64,000 bases of DNA from Eledone cirrhosa (GCA_964016885.1 OZ024763.1:22692001-22756000); one strand, 5' to 3'; numbered from the stretch's first letter, positions 51,181 to 63,989 are shown. Program-made: numbers and translations. Notes: generated from the letters alone by a model not told the origin.

Positions 51181-51461
51181 AATAATTGTTTCTACTTTTG
51201 GCACAAGGCCAGCAATTATCCCAAATCATATTATATTATACACAACGTTGTATACAGTATTATATTATATGCAGCGTGCGTTGTATTATATACAGTGTTG
51301 TATTATATATAGTGTTTCTTGTGAAGTTTTCTGGGTGTGACTGAAAAAGGAGACCTGAGGTTGTGTTCGTGCTACAACTTCCAATGTAATGTCTGGATTA
51401 TTTCAATTGATAATGATGATGATGATGATATATATATATCACGATAATGATGATGATGATG

Positions 51462-51495
<34 letters not shown>

Positions 51496-51697
51496 ATGTG
51501 TGTATGTATGTAAAAGGTAAACAGAAATAACAACACAATCGGTACAGTATATGGAAGGAATATATTAGGTTAACGCTTGATATAGCAGGAAGAGAGTCTT
51601 AACGTTTCGGACGCTAGTCTTTCATCAAAGAAAGAATGAGAAATAAGTTAGATTGAGGGGATGGGCAGGTTGGAATATGTCTGTGTATATATATATA

Positions 51698-51783
<86 letters not shown>

Positions 51784-51817
51784 TGCACACGCACAAACAC
51801 ACATATATATATATATA

Positions 51818-52129
51818 TCATCATCATCATCATCACAATATATAACATCATCCCCCATTTTACGTCCGTTCTTCCACGCTAGCATGGGTTAGACGGGTTG
51901 TCCTGTTGTGGGCAGTGTCCAGTCTGTCTTGCTAAACACTGGAACTGATTCTGGGTTGATTTCTACAGCTGGATGCCCTTCCTAACACCAACCTCATTTA
52001 CAGTGGGTGCTTTTTTACCGTGGGCAACTCCACGACCACTTTGCAGTGGGAGGTGGTGGGGTCATATTATCTATATGCTTCAACTTCAGCTTGTACCCGT
52101 GGGAAGTCGGGTCTTCTGTATTACTGCGT
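51818..52129 (-). mobile_element. RTE subfamily A 3' UTR fragment
   Basis: Reverse complement of ~4120-4468. Confidence 0.88.
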
Positions 52130-52388
52130 ATTTATATATAGAGACACATATAATACACTTATTGAATGCAGGTGTATATATATATATACACATACATACA
52201 TTGTATGTATGTGTATATAAGTGTGTTTGTAATTAAAACCAACCAGTGTGTAAACTTAAACATACACAAATCAAAGCTAACCACAAACTCAAACATATGT
52301 AACCCAGAAACCCACATACACATATACACTCTCGGGTCTCAAATAAACATCCCCTCCTCTCTTATTACACCACCACCACCCTTGCTTA

Positions 52389-53707
52389 TTAACCCTTTAC
52401 CATTTACATTACTCTATATATACTATTGTATTTTCACAGTAAAGGCTTTACCTCACATATCTCACATAACATTTACATTACTCTATATATACTATTGTAT
52501 TTTCACAGTAAAGGCTTTACCTCACATAACATTTACATTACTCTATATATACTATTGTATTTTCACAGTAAAGTCTTTACCTCACATACTATCTCACATA
52601 ACATTTACATTACTCTATATATACTGTTTTCACAGTAAAGACTTTACTTCACATAATATCTCACATAACATTTACATTACTCTATATATACTATTGTATT
52701 TTCACAGTAAAGTCTTTACCTCACATACTATCTCACATAACATTTACATTACTCTATATATACTGTTTTCACAGTAAAGTCTTTACCTCACATACTATCT
52801 CACATAACATTTACATTACTCTATATATACTATTGTATTTTCACAGTAAAGGCTTTACCTCACATAACATTTACATTACTCTATATATACTATTGTATTT
52901 TCACAGTAAAGTCTTTACCTCACATACTATCTCACATAACATTTACATTACTCTATATATACTGTTTTCACAGTAAAGACTTTACTTCACATAATATCTC
53001 ACATAACATTTACATTACTCTATATATACTATTGTATTTTCACAGTAAAGGCTTTACCTCACATAATATCTCACATAACATTTACATTACTCTATATATA
53101 CTATTGTATTTTCACAGTAAAGTCTTTACCTCACATACTATCTCACATAACATTTACATTACTCTATATATACTGTTTTCACAGTAAAGACTTTACTTCA
53201 CATAATATCTCACATAACATTTACATTACTCTATATATACTATTGTATTTTCACAGTAAAGTCTTTACCTCACATAATATCTCACATAACATTTACATTA
53301 CTCTATATATACTATTGTATTTTCACAGTAAAGGCTTTACCTCACATAATATCTCACATAACATTTACATTACTCTATATATACTATTGTATTTTCACAG
53401 TAAAGGCTTTACCTCACATAACATTTACATTACTCTATATATACTATTGTATTTTCACAGTAAAGTCTTTACCTCACATACTATCTCACATAACATTTAC
53501 ATTACTCTATATATACTGTTTTCACAGTAAAGACTTTACTTCACATAATATCTCACATAACATTTACATTACTCTATATATACTATTGTATTTTCACAGT
53601 AAAGTCTTTACCTCACATAATATCTCACATAACATTTACATTACTCTATATATACTATTGTATTTTCACAGTAAAGTCTTTACCTCACATAATATCTCAC
53701 ATAACAT
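52389..53707. repeat. 72-bp minisatellite grown inside a TTAA-CCCTTT MITE end; resumes at 59334-59563 and 60922-60970
   Basis: Starts TTAACCCTTTACCATTTACATTACTC; same unit as 24257-24735, with length variants. Confidence 0.95.
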
Positions 53708-53918
53708 CTCGTATACGAGAGACGTGTGTTGACGTGTGTGAACAAGCTCGGCTACCGAGTCGGATTTACTTACTCAAAAAGTGAGTTTTGATTAATTTTT
53801 TTATACTGTAATATACGTTAACCCCTTGCCTTGGTCGTCAAACTTTGAGTTTATTTATTTTCGCCCCTTTTTGGGGCGAATTTTCCAGTTAAAAATTTAT
53901 TACGGCAAACTAATAGAA

Positions 53919-55637
53919 ATGGACGGAATTTTCACATCTCATCCTAACGTGAAAGCCACGCCCCCTAAGAAAGGTGATACAGAGAAGCTAGAAGCACAAG
54001 GCTCTAAGTCTTCCCTCCTGACTTCTGCAAAAGAAACATGGAACACGGAATTAAAAGAAAAATTTGAAAAAATGGGTGAAAACCCAGAAAGTCACATAAA
54101 CGCAGACAAAAACAACAACGACAATAACAGCAATAGTCACAACACCAACCAAGGAAAAAATAACGATAACACCAAACAAAGCGAACCCACTACTGGTACC
54201 TCCTTTGCACAGGCGGTCCGGAAAACACAATCCTGCAAGCAACTGGACATTACAACTCTGAGAGAAAAGATGAAGGAAGCGAAACAGTATGTAACTTTCA
54301 AAGAAGGAGGAGACTTCACAATCACCTCCCCACAAGAAATCAAAAGAGACACGACGCTAAGAACGATATCTTTCAGAACAATTTCCAACATAACAAGGAA
54401 ACCAACTCAATTATCCCAAAAAGAGATTGAGCTGGTCCTAAAAAATGTGTGGAGTGATATATCGTTCATACAAAAAGGGCCACTCTATGGGAATATAACG
54501 GTCCTAATGAAGGATCAATTGACGGCCAGGAAATACTCTGTGGCACCAATTGTTTCCAAGCTACATACATTTTTCCCCACATATTTAGGGAAAAGAACGC
54601 AGAAGATAAGGGTCTCCGGAATCCGGCCAAATGCATGCATTTCCTGGGTACTAACAGGGTTTTTAGAAGACGAGGACGGAATCCTCTCAGTAGGAGAAGT
54701 CACCACAGACGTTTTCGGCGGTTTGAGCGTGGAGGTTCTGGTCCAAATGAGACCAGAACGAATCGCTAGAATACCACAGAGGGTGTCCCTCGATGGAGAA
54801 ACATTTATATATATTTCAGCCGAGGGTAGGAGGCCCATATGTTACTACTGTTCAAGCAGGGGTCATCTAAGGGCTGCTTGTCCTCAATTGACAAAAAAAA
54901 AGGCTCTTTTGCCTACACCCCACACACCACCACCTCCACCACCACCACCACAACAACAACAAAAACAACAGGGAAAAATAACACAAGACACGGCCCCACC
55001 CAAAACAACTCCCAAAACACACACAAATACAACAAAACCCCAAAATACACCACTACCCGACAGCACGGACGAGGACCCAGCGGAAACGGCACCTAGTGAC
55101 GAAGAGGGGGAACCCTTCCAACCTGTAAAAAGGAAAAAAAGAAAGCACCACTCGAACATAAACGAAACAAACACACAACCACCAACAAAAACAAAACAAA
55201 CAGAACAAACAAAATCCGCCCCACCCCAAAACATAACACATACAACAAAACGTAAGCACACACAAGAACAACAAACAAACACAACACAAATAAAACAGTA
55301 TACATACATTAACACAAATAACAAAGAACTAGTAAAAACAATACACAAAGACCCTTTGGTGGAAACTGAAGGACAATTCTTTGCAAGCGCGGCCAACAAA
55401 CCGCATTTAAAAATGATAAGACTCCCAATGGACACCTATGCAAAACTAAGAGAGAACTTTCCTGAGGACGTGGGGAAAACATGTACTCGACCCTATAACC
55501 GCGTCCTCTTGAAACGTTTCCCCACCCACACCTCACCAAACACCCCCACTCCACCACAGAACAACACCCCACCAAACAACCCCTCCAATACGCCCATGGA
55601 TATTGTGCAACCTGCTCCTCAGGAGCCGAACAGGTAG
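53919..55637 (+). CDS. Tx1 ORF1, gag-like zinc-knuckle protein
   Basis: First ATG at 53919; SFAQAV motif; CYYCSSRGHLRAAC (CX2CX4HX4C); low-complexity C-terminus. Confidence 0.9.
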   Translation: MDGIFTSHPNVKATPPKKGDTEKLEAQGSKSSLLTSAKETWNTELKEKFEKMGENPESHINADKNNNDNNSNSHNTNQGKNNDNTKQSEPTTGTSFAQAVRKTQSCKQLDITTLREKMKEAKQYVTFKEGGDFTITSPQEIKRDTTLRTISFRTISNITRKPTQLSQKEIELVLKNVWSDISFIQKGPLYGNITVLMKDQLTARKYSVAPIVSKLHTFFPTYLGKRTQKIRVSGIRPNACISWVLTGFLEDEDGILSVGEVTTDVFGGLSVEVLVQMRPERIARIPQRVSLDGETFIYISAEGRRPICYYCSSRGHLRAACPQLTKKKALLPTPHTPPPPPPPPQQQQKQQGKITQDTAPPKTTPKTHTNTTKPQNTPLPDSTDEDPAETAPSDEEGEPFQPVKRKKRKHHSNINETNTQPPTKTKQTEQTKSAPPQNITHTTKRKHTQEQQTNTTQIKQYTYINTNNKELVKTIHKDPLVETEGQFFASAANKPHLKMIRLPMDTYAKLRENFPEDVGKTCTRPYNRVLLKRFPTHTSPNTPTPPQNNTPPNNPSNTPMDIVQPAPQEPNR

Positions 55638-55658
55638 GTCCTTCCTCTTTTAACCAAC

Positions 55659-58600
55659 ATGGCTGATATAAGAGTTGGGTGTCTGAATGTACGTGGCCTG
55701 GGACTGTCTTGGAAACAAGGCAAACTTTTAAACGATCTCAGGTCGCATAGAATGGATGTAATGGCTATTTGCGAGTCCAGGATCAGCAGCGAGCACCAAC
55801 TGGCGCCCCTCTTCGACGACTTTGAGATCTTCGCATCTCTCTGTCAACCGGGGGGTGGGGGTGGAGTTGTCGTTCTGCTGCGAAAACACCTGGGCCTCGC
55901 CATACAGAAGGTGCACCTGGACCCGGAGGGTCGACTGGTGGTTTTAGACGTCGGCAGTAGTGAAAGTGGAGCCCTTAGACTAATAGCTGTGTACGCCCCT
56001 TTTTGGGCAGCGCGGCCGGAATACTTCCAACGTCTGGAAACTTTTCTGGGAACGTCCCGCTCCTTGCTTTTAGTGGGGGACTGGAATGGTATCCTGGATG
56101 CACGTTGGGACTATGTAGGGGCATGTGCCAATAGAGGGGGGTGTAAAAGCCTCAAAAGGTTAATCGGCCGATTTGACCTGGCCGATAGATATCGACTAGA
56201 TTTTCCGACTGTACCACTATGGACGTGGACCAATCGCAGTGGAACATCTAGGTCGTACCTAGATAGGGTCCTAGTTAGAGAGAACGATAGGGACACATTT
56301 AGCTGTCCAAAAATGTTCATGGTTGACTATTCGGATCACAAGTTAGTGACCTGCATAGCCAACCTTGATAGAACCCATAGACAGGGACCCGGTTACTGGA
56401 AGCTGAACTTGTCCTTACCGAGAAGCAAAGCTTACAGTAAACGGATTAGCACGTTAGTCAAGCAGAGTTTGACAGGGGCAATTGTCAACAACAGGTGGTG
56501 GAGCTCTCTTAAGAGAGCAATTAGAATAGAATCGATAGGTTTTAGTCAGGAATTAGCAAGGGATAGGAACAAGACGGAAAGGGAATTAGTAGATAGAGTA
56601 GAAGAGGCGATTAGGAGTGGCAATGTAGCCGGCGTGCTGGCATCAAGAATGGCCTTAGACCAGTTCTTTGAGGTGAAGCATGAAGGCTGCGTTGTCAGGA
56701 GTAAAATACGTGCTCTGGGTAATGAGGGAGCCAAAGCTGTAAGCTGGGCCCGAGTGACAGAGGCAAAAAGTGGGAACAAGTCCACGATTCGGTCTTTGAA
56801 GGACCAGGATGGGCGTGTGATCCTTGAACCTGGGCAGATGTGTGCGGCCTTTCAGCGGCACTTTGCACGACTGTTCGAGAGGGGCGGCGCGCCGGGTGAG
56901 ACTATGGATTTTAATCCATACCTCGACGGTCTGCCGCGCCTCTCGGACGCGGAGGCGAAGTCCTGCGAAAGGACGATTTCAGCTGCTGAGATAGGGGCGG
57001 CGCTGAGCCAATGCGGCAAACGCAAATCCCCGGGTCTCGATGGTCTACCATACGAGCTATATGTAGCGATGCCGGACTTGTTCTCCGATATCCTCGAAGC
57101 GGTCTACTGCAACTGGCAGCAGAACGGGAGAATTCCCAGTTCTGTGACCAAGGGCGTAGTTACGCTGGTGAGGAAGGATGAGAACAAGGGGGATGACATA
57201 AGTAACTTCAGGCCCATAACTCTGCTAAATACAGAGTTAAAGATTTTGGCCAAGGTGTTAGCGAAGAGGTTGGCGCTTGTCGTTGGAAACCTGGTGGGAG
57301 AAGCGCAGACATGCGCAATCCCGTCCAGGTCCATTCACGACAATCTCCACCTTATGCGATACATCATAGAGAGGGTAGGGAATGAACCCGGCTTTGGTGG
57401 GGCCCTGATCAACTTGGATCAATCTAAAGCTTTCGATAGGGTTGACCATCGTTACCTGGATGCGGTGCTCGCGGCGGCAGGCTTCGGACCCGTTTTCAGG
57501 GGTTGGATTGCTGCGATGCACAGCAGCAACGTCTGCTCAAGGGTCAAGGTGAACGGCCACCTCTCGGAGCCGTTCCAAATCATGCGATCCATCCGACAGG
57601 GATGCCCTCTCTCCTCCCTACTGTATGTGCTGGCTCTTGAGCCACTACTGCGGAAGTTGGAGCGGTTGCAGGGCATCCCTTTGGAACCGGGATTGCAGAA
57701 AGCGGCGTCGGCCTACGCCGATGACGTGACAGTAATGGTGTCGAAAACCTCGCAAATCGGTGAGATCGGCACCTTACTGGAGGAATATGAAAGGTTTACA
57801 GGAGCCAAGCTGAACCGGGACAAGTCCGTCGGTTTGCAACTCGGAACATGGAGAGGCAAACCGATGCCCTCCAACGACGTCGTCGGACGCTGGACGGAGG
57901 GCCCGGTGAAGCTGCTTGGGGTCTGGTTCGGACCAGACCTCCAGGTGGAGAAAAACTGGAACGAGGTAACGGCCAGGGTGTTTGCACTCACCCAGAAGTG
58001 GGCCCAGTGCAAACTATCCCTGAAAGGTCGAGCGGAGGTGGCGAATACTTATATAGCATCCGTCATCTACTACCGCTTGACCGTCGTGCCTTGCCCAGTG
58101 AAAAGACGCGCCAAAATGGAGTGCGCGCTGTTCCAATTTCTTTGGAACAAGCGGACCCCTTTGGTGAGGAGATCCATCTGCTGTCAACACCCTTCGAAAG
58201 GAGGGCTGGGGATGCCGTGGCTACAGATGCGTAAACACGCATTAAGGCTACGGCACCTCCAGGTATTCCTCACCGGTCAACCGGTGTGGGCCCCGTTTGT
58301 GAGGCGAGCCTTTCCCAGACTCGTCTCGCTCACCGAGCTGCAATCCTGGGTCAAGCAAAGACCGAGAAAAGTGGGCGACTGGCACATTGAATGTGCCCAG
58401 GCGCTCACGGCCCTCTGGAAAGCGGACCCGGCAATCAGTGGAGACTCCACCTCGACATTCTATAGAGGGTTGGTACGCAGCAGGTGCGACGATGCTCTCG
58501 GAGAAGCTCTAGGCATGGAGGAAGATGAACTGGCCAGTCTGTTCGGTAGGACGTTTGGCCCTGGACCGATGGACAACTTCCAAAAGTCCCTGGCTTGGCA

Positions 58601-59096
58601 GTGCTACCGAGGGGCTCTACCCGTTCGAGACAAGCTCCACAGGCATGGGAGCCTGGGTAGAGATCCTTTGAATAAGATCTGTCCGAGATGCGTGCATGAT
58701 GACGAAACCGTTGCGCACGCATTCGTACACTGCCCAGGCATTGCTGACCTGTGGGGCTATGTGGAACGACTACTGTCGAGGGTGGGACCAATCCGGTTGA
58801 CCACCGAGTCCATTGTCACGATCAAACCGCCTCCCCCTTTCAAAAACGAAGGAGAGGCGGTTTTTCTCTGTGTGGTAGCCATGGCTAAAGAAGTTGTATG
58901 GTGGACGAGGCTGAAAGGGCTGAGGTCAGACACCTTTCTCTCCGGCCAACAACTGGTCCCCTTTTTCAAATACCATTTTAAAAGAAGGATCAGAATGGAG
59001 AGAGAGGTGCTCTACCCCAGCAAGTTTTATGAAAGGTGGGTGAAAGTAGGGAGAATGGCCAGAGTGAATGGGTCTTCTCTCTATATCAGCCTGTAG
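55659..59096 (+). CDS. Tx1 ORF2: APE endonuclease, reverse transcriptase and C-terminal zinc finger
   Basis: LNVRGL, GDWN, LDRVL, SDH; SPGLDGLP, FRPITLLN, LDQSKAFDRV, IRQGCPLS, YADD; CPRC...HAFVHC. Confidence 0.96.
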   Translation: MADIRVGCLNVRGLGLSWKQGKLLNDLRSHRMDVMAICESRISSEHQLAPLFDDFEIFASLCQPGGGGGVVVLLRKHLGLAIQKVHLDPEGRLVVLDVGSSESGALRLIAVYAPFWAARPEYFQRLETFLGTSRSLLLVGDWNGILDARWDYVGACANRGGCKSLKRLIGRFDLADRYRLDFPTVPLWTWTNRSGTSRSYLDRVLVRENDRDTFSCPKMFMVDYSDHKLVTCIANLDRTHRQGPGYWKLNLSLPRSKAYSKRISTLVKQSLTGAIVNNRWWSSLKRAIRIESIGFSQELARDRNKTERELVDRVEEAIRSGNVAGVLASRMALDQFFEVKHEGCVVRSKIRALGNEGAKAVSWARVTEAKSGNKSTIRSLKDQDGRVILEPGQMCAAFQRHFARLFERGGAPGETMDFNPYLDGLPRLSDAEAKSCERTISAAEIGAALSQCGKRKSPGLDGLPYELYVAMPDLFSDILEAVYCNWQQNGRIPSSVTKGVVTLVRKDENKGDDISNFRPITLLNTELKILAKVLAKRLALVVGNLVGEAQTCAIPSRSIHDNLHLMRYIIERVGNEPGFGGALINLDQSKAFDRVDHRYLDAVLAAAGFGPVFRGWIAAMHSSNVCSRVKVNGHLSEPFQIMRSIRQGCPLSSLLYVLALEPLLRKLERLQGIPLEPGLQKAASAYADDVTVMVSKTSQIGEIGTLLEEYERFTGAKLNRDKSVGLQLGTWRGKPMPSNDVVGRWTEGPVKLLGVWFGPDLQVEKNWNEVTARVFALTQKWAQCKLSLKGRAEVANTYIASVIYYRLTVVPCPVKRRAKMECALFQFLWNKRTPLVRRSICCQHPSKGGLGMPWLQMRKHALRLRHLQVFLTGQPVWAPFVRRAFPRLVSLTELQSWVKQRPRKVGDWHIECAQALTALWKADPAISGDSTSTFYRGLVRSRCDDALGEALGMEEDELASLFGRTFGPGPMDNFQKSLAWQCYRGALPVRDKLHRHGSLGRDPLNKICPRCVHDDETVAHAFVHCPGIADLWGYVERLLSRVGPIRLTTESIVTIKPPPPFKNEGEAVFLCVVAMAKEVVWWTRLKGLRSDTFLSGQQLVPFFKYHFKRRIRMEREVLYPSKFYERWVKVGRMARVNGSSLYISL

Positions 59097-59563
59097 GTGA
59101 AAGAAGAGGAAAAAGAGGAGACGAGGGAAGCACCTACTCTTTGTGCTCCTGAGGAGAAGGGTTACACATTTTTTCCGGGGTGTGTGCGACCCATGTTAAT
59201 GCCCCCTCCCTATTGAGGACTTCGTTTGTTGTTGTTATTTCATTGTTATATTTTTGTACTCGTTAATTATATGTAAACTTCCCCCCTTGTATCTGTCCCT
59301 ACCTTTTGTGCCCTAGTGGCAAATAAAGAAACCACTCTATATATACTATTGTATTTTCACAGTAAAGTCTTTACCTCACATAATATCTCACATAACATTT
59401 ACATTACTCTATATATACTATTGTATTTTCACAGTAAAGTCTTTACCTCACATAATATCTCACATAACATTTACATTACTCTATATATACTATTGTATTT
59501 TCACAGTAAAGGCTTTACCTCACATAATATCTCACATAACATTTACATTACTCTATATATATA

Positions 59564-60921
59564 CTAGCTGGCCCGTCCTGCAGGCGCCGGGCTAGGAATA
59601 CCGGCATTTTATCTTGTCAGGAATCCCCCCTACACTCCAGTGCAAAGATACCGCATGCCCTCTCAGGTCAGCGAGGGGGGGGGGGTTAACTTGCTCTGAT
59701 GTTGGGTTTGAACAGTTTTTAGGATTCCCCAGTTCAGCAGCTAGTACATTAAGGAAAATTGATAATTACAACAATAAAGGCTGAACAGAAAATAAATTTT
59801 TTAACAAACAATAATTTGTACAACCATAATGGAAATTCCAAGTAACAGAAAATATTTAAATTACATTGTTAGAGCCTCGGATTATACAATATTTTTTGTT
59901 CGTCCCTCCGGAGCAAAGATGAAGAGATTGTTTGGCGAGCTCACCCTAGAGCATCTTACATACAATTGACCATGGAAGAATCACTGATTTCATAGCTCGT
60001 CTTGTGGAGAAGCTCTGTAGACGTTGACCTCTGGACACTCCTGTCAGGATCAGGTAAGCTGTAGTGACTTAGAGGCCTACCACCAATCTCCAGGACACTG
60101 TTTTAAAAAAAAACGAGCACCTCATTGAAAACATCGTATGTTACATTTGGATTGTGTCTGCGTGTGCGGTGGAGGATGTCCTCAGCTAGACTTTCGCGGT
60201 GGTTGTTCCACAGTGCGAGAGGGTCAGCGAGATCGCAGTTGTGCAGCATAATTGCAAAAAGTTTTCGCAGCTGAGAAGGGACTTTAGCAGTTGCTGTTTC
60301 TTGCAGGGTGAGGTGCCAATTGCTGACATTGTGTAACATACCACGCATCTGGCAAGCCAAACAGTAAGTAGAACATTGATGGCCATTGATGGTTCTCAGA
60401 TCTTGGAAAGACTGTGGTCCTCTAACCTCGAACAGTAACAACGATGAACAAAGCCGTCTGTGCTTTCGTGAAATAAATAGGTTTTTGTTTTTGTGTATGC
60501 AAAAATATCTGTACACGAATATATATATTAAAATAACATTAAAGTTTAAGCAAAGAATCGCTGCTTTTACCCTTAACTAAAAAAATCAGTCTGTGAATGC
60601 AGAAGTAAATATTTCGAAAATAGTTATCTAATGCTATGTATCTATCTAAAAAGACAGACTAAGAAAAAGAGGGGAATGTTGTGCGACATCATGAGAAAAA
60701 GTGAGGAATGATGTATAATCGGAAGTGTTGACATTTGAAATTTTAAAGAAGTAAATATTTAAATAACGTCTTTAATCTTTTAACAAAATTCAGTAGACAA
60801 AAATACCCTCATTTTTTACTTGGAAAAAGTTATATCTATGGTGCAAATTTGGTGCTGTTTGGTCCAGCCGTTTGGCGGAAAGTTTGTTACCTACATACGG
60901 CCGTCAGCTTTATAGTATAGA
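59564..60921 (-). mobile_element. Internally deleted non-autonomous Helitron
   Basis: Minus strand 5' TCTATACTATAAAG, 3' GCCCG...CGGGC hairpin then CTAG, inserted between A and T with no TSD; RepHel remnants VRGPQSFQDLRT...QLRKLFA and HGQLYV..SRV...TKNIVY. Confidence 0.93.
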
Positions 60922-61030
60922 TTGTATTTTCACAGTAAAGGCTTTACCTCACATAATATCGAATCTATGAGAAATCTTACATGCATTAATTTCAACTCTT
61001 CTTATTTATAACTACATTGTTTCTTTTTAG

Positions 61031-61077
61031 GGGACTATGTTGAAAAATAAACCTCGTTTGGTCATTCCAACACTATC

Positions 61078-61109
<32 letters not shown>

Positions 61110-61384
61110 CACCACCAACATCACTAACATCACCACTATCACCAAAAGCAACACCACCACCACCAACAACAACAACAATAACAACAGTGCCATCACCAAC
61201 AACATCACCACCACCATCAACAACAATAACAACACTACCACCACCACCACCAACACCACCACTGTCACCACCACCACCACCACCAACAACAACAACACTG
61301 CCATCACCAACAACAACATCACCACCAACATCACCTACAATAACACCACCACCACCACCACTAACACCCCTTTATACTATCTAA
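61031..61384 (+). CDS. Candidate terminal exon, Pro/Thr-rich (GTMLKNKPRLVIPTLSPPPP...)
   Basis: Strong TTGTTTCTTTTTAG acceptor, ~16 non-repetitive codons, then (CCA/ACA)n in frame to TAA; could be non-coding triplet repeat. Confidence 0.45.
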
Positions 61385-61825
61385 ACTCCACAGCTACATA
61401 CAAACAGACTACCCACCACCCCACACCACCCTGCCATTCATGTCACATCTATTACCATCTCAGTCCTGATGTACTGTCACAACCACCACCACCATCACTG
61501 CCACAACCAACACCAACACCAACACCTCTGTCACCACCACCACCACTGTCACCACTACTGCCACCATTGACAACACCATTTCCACCACTGTCATCACCAC
61601 CACTATCACCACCACCACCACTGTCATCATCACCCCCTCACCCAACTAATTAAATGCCCAAACGATTGGTTGATATCTGAGTTAGCCTCATTTCTTATTT
61701 CTATAATTATGTAAATACCAGTTTATATATATATATATGCAAAGTTTTATTTAAATTGTTGGGTTAACAACGAGTAAATATTTATAACTGATATAAAAGC
61801 ACTCAACAAGTATTTGGAGTATATT

Positions 61826-62159
61826 TACGATAATTAAATAAATGGAAACTATATTTATAAAACCATATTTATTTCATTATATATATTTCAGGGATATCAT
61901 ATTAAAAATATGTTATGCCTTCTTCAGACAAAATACAATATAGACAGTTTTATAAATAGATAGATTCGACATACCTTTCAACTTCGACTTCTATTTGAAA
62001 AGTTGATTTGGTAGTATGTCGAATCTATCTATTTATAAGACTGTTTATATTGTATTTTGTCTGAAGAAGGCATAACATATTTTTAATATGATATCCCTGA
62101 AATATATATAATGAAATAAATATGGTTTTATAAATATAGTTTCCATTTATTTAATTATC

Positions 62160-62162
<3 letters not shown>
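61826..62162. repeat. Near-perfect inverted repeat, 149-bp arms, with a hammerhead-like motif
   Basis: 61826-61974 mirrors 62014-62162; CTGAAGA-AGG...CCT-GAAATATATA at 62061-62110. Confidence 0.9.
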
Positions 62163-62218
<56 letters not shown>

Positions 62219-62885
62219 TACAATATAATAAATATAAATATAATTTCAGTGAGATTCAGATTTCGGCTGTGGTCAAAAACAAAGCGAAATGCAATATCCA
62301 AGTTATGCTGGCAAGTGCTCCATGGACCAAATAAAGACCAGAGCAATAAACATAGGTTATAAAGGCCAAACAAACTGAGATGGCGGTCAAGAAGCCATCA
62401 ACCACTTAAGCCAAAAAGACGAGGCAAGCCAAACAGGTCAAACAAAATAATTGAAATATTTACCCACTATATATATATATCAGAGAGTAGAGAACAGTGT
62501 GCCAACAAACTGGCTTATTCCTCTCTCAGTCAAAAATATAAACACTTTTTTTTCTGTACTTGTTTCCTTAAAAATTACCATTATTCCATTGGTATACATC
62601 TATTATGCAATTTACACCTGAAGATGTCACCGACTTTCTACACAACCTGGCCACTGAAATGTGTATAGTGTTTACAGAAATAAATAATTAAGGAAATTTA
62701 ACATAATTGGCCTCCTATCATTTCACTTTATAATATATTATAGATTATGATATATATATATGAAACAAAAACAAAGAGCGCTTACATCATCAATTATATA
62801 TATATGTATATATATATATATATGTGTGTGTGTATGTATATATATATATATATGTGTGTGTGTGTATATATATATGTGTGTGTGT

Positions 62886-63714
62886 ATCATCATCATCATC
62901 ATCATCATCAGGTTTAGCGTCCGTGTTCCACGCTTGCATGGGTTTGGACGGGGGTATTTCCCACTTGAGGCGAGAGTGATTGTCTTGCTCGCATAGGACT
63001 GTCTGGCAGGTTTTCTACAGCTGGATGCCCTTCCTAACACCAACCACATTTACAGTGTCGGGCTGGGAGGTTTTTTCCGTGTTGCCTACACGGCCACATT
63101 ACAGCGTGGACTGTGTGTTTTTTTGTCGTGACACCTACACGATCTCATTTGTTTCGGCCTGGATGTTGTGGCACCAACATAACTTTACATTGAAGGGGCG
63201 GTGTGGATGGGGTGGGGTGGTGGGACGGGGGTGTATTTTGTTAGAGATGCCTACTGACTGTAGTAGGTTTTACTTTGTATTTAGGTAAGGCGGGTCTTCT
63301 CTATTACTGAGTACCGCCAAAGGTCTCGGTCCAGTGACATTGTCTTGGTGAGGTGTAGGTGTGTGAGGTCGGAGTTTATCAGCTCATCCCAGGTTTTTCT
63401 GGGTCTGCCTATTCCGTGGCTACCATCTATCTTTATTGCCCTGCACTTTGTTATACAGCTATCGTCCTTCATGCGCATTACGTGACCATACCAATGTAGC
63501 CTTCTCTCGAGTAGACAACATCTGATCCCTCTTATTTCTAATTTTTTCCTTAGTTCGTTTATGCTTTGCTGTTCACGTATATTAATTACTATTACACATC
63601 CAGCGGAGCATGCAAGCTTCGTTTCTCTCTAGTCTGCGTATATCTTCTGCACACAATGCCCAGGTCTCACTGCCATGCAACATTGCTGTTCGTATGCAGG
63701 CATCGTACAACCTG
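62886..63714 (-). mobile_element. 5'-truncated RTE LINE, subfamily B
   Basis: Reverse complement of ~41250-42076; abuts a microsatellite. Confidence 0.93.
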
Positions 63715-63755
63715 ATATATATATATATATATACATCTATATATGTGTGTGTGTG

Positions 63756-63799
<44 letters not shown>

Positions 63800-63857
63800 T
63801 ATATGTGTGTGTGTGTGTATATGTATATATATGTGTGTGTGTGTGTGTGTATGTGTG

Positions 63858-63897
<40 letters not shown>

Positions 63898-63903
63898 AAT
63901 ACT

Positions 63904-63989
<86 letters not shown>

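Larger units (their letters stand above)
53708..59333 (+). mobile_element. Full-length, intact Tx1/L1-clade non-LTR retrotransposon
   Basis: 5' UTR, two uninterrupted ORFs 21 bp apart, 3' UTR ending AATAAAGAAA; sharp junctions with the 72-bp repeat. Confidence 0.95.
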
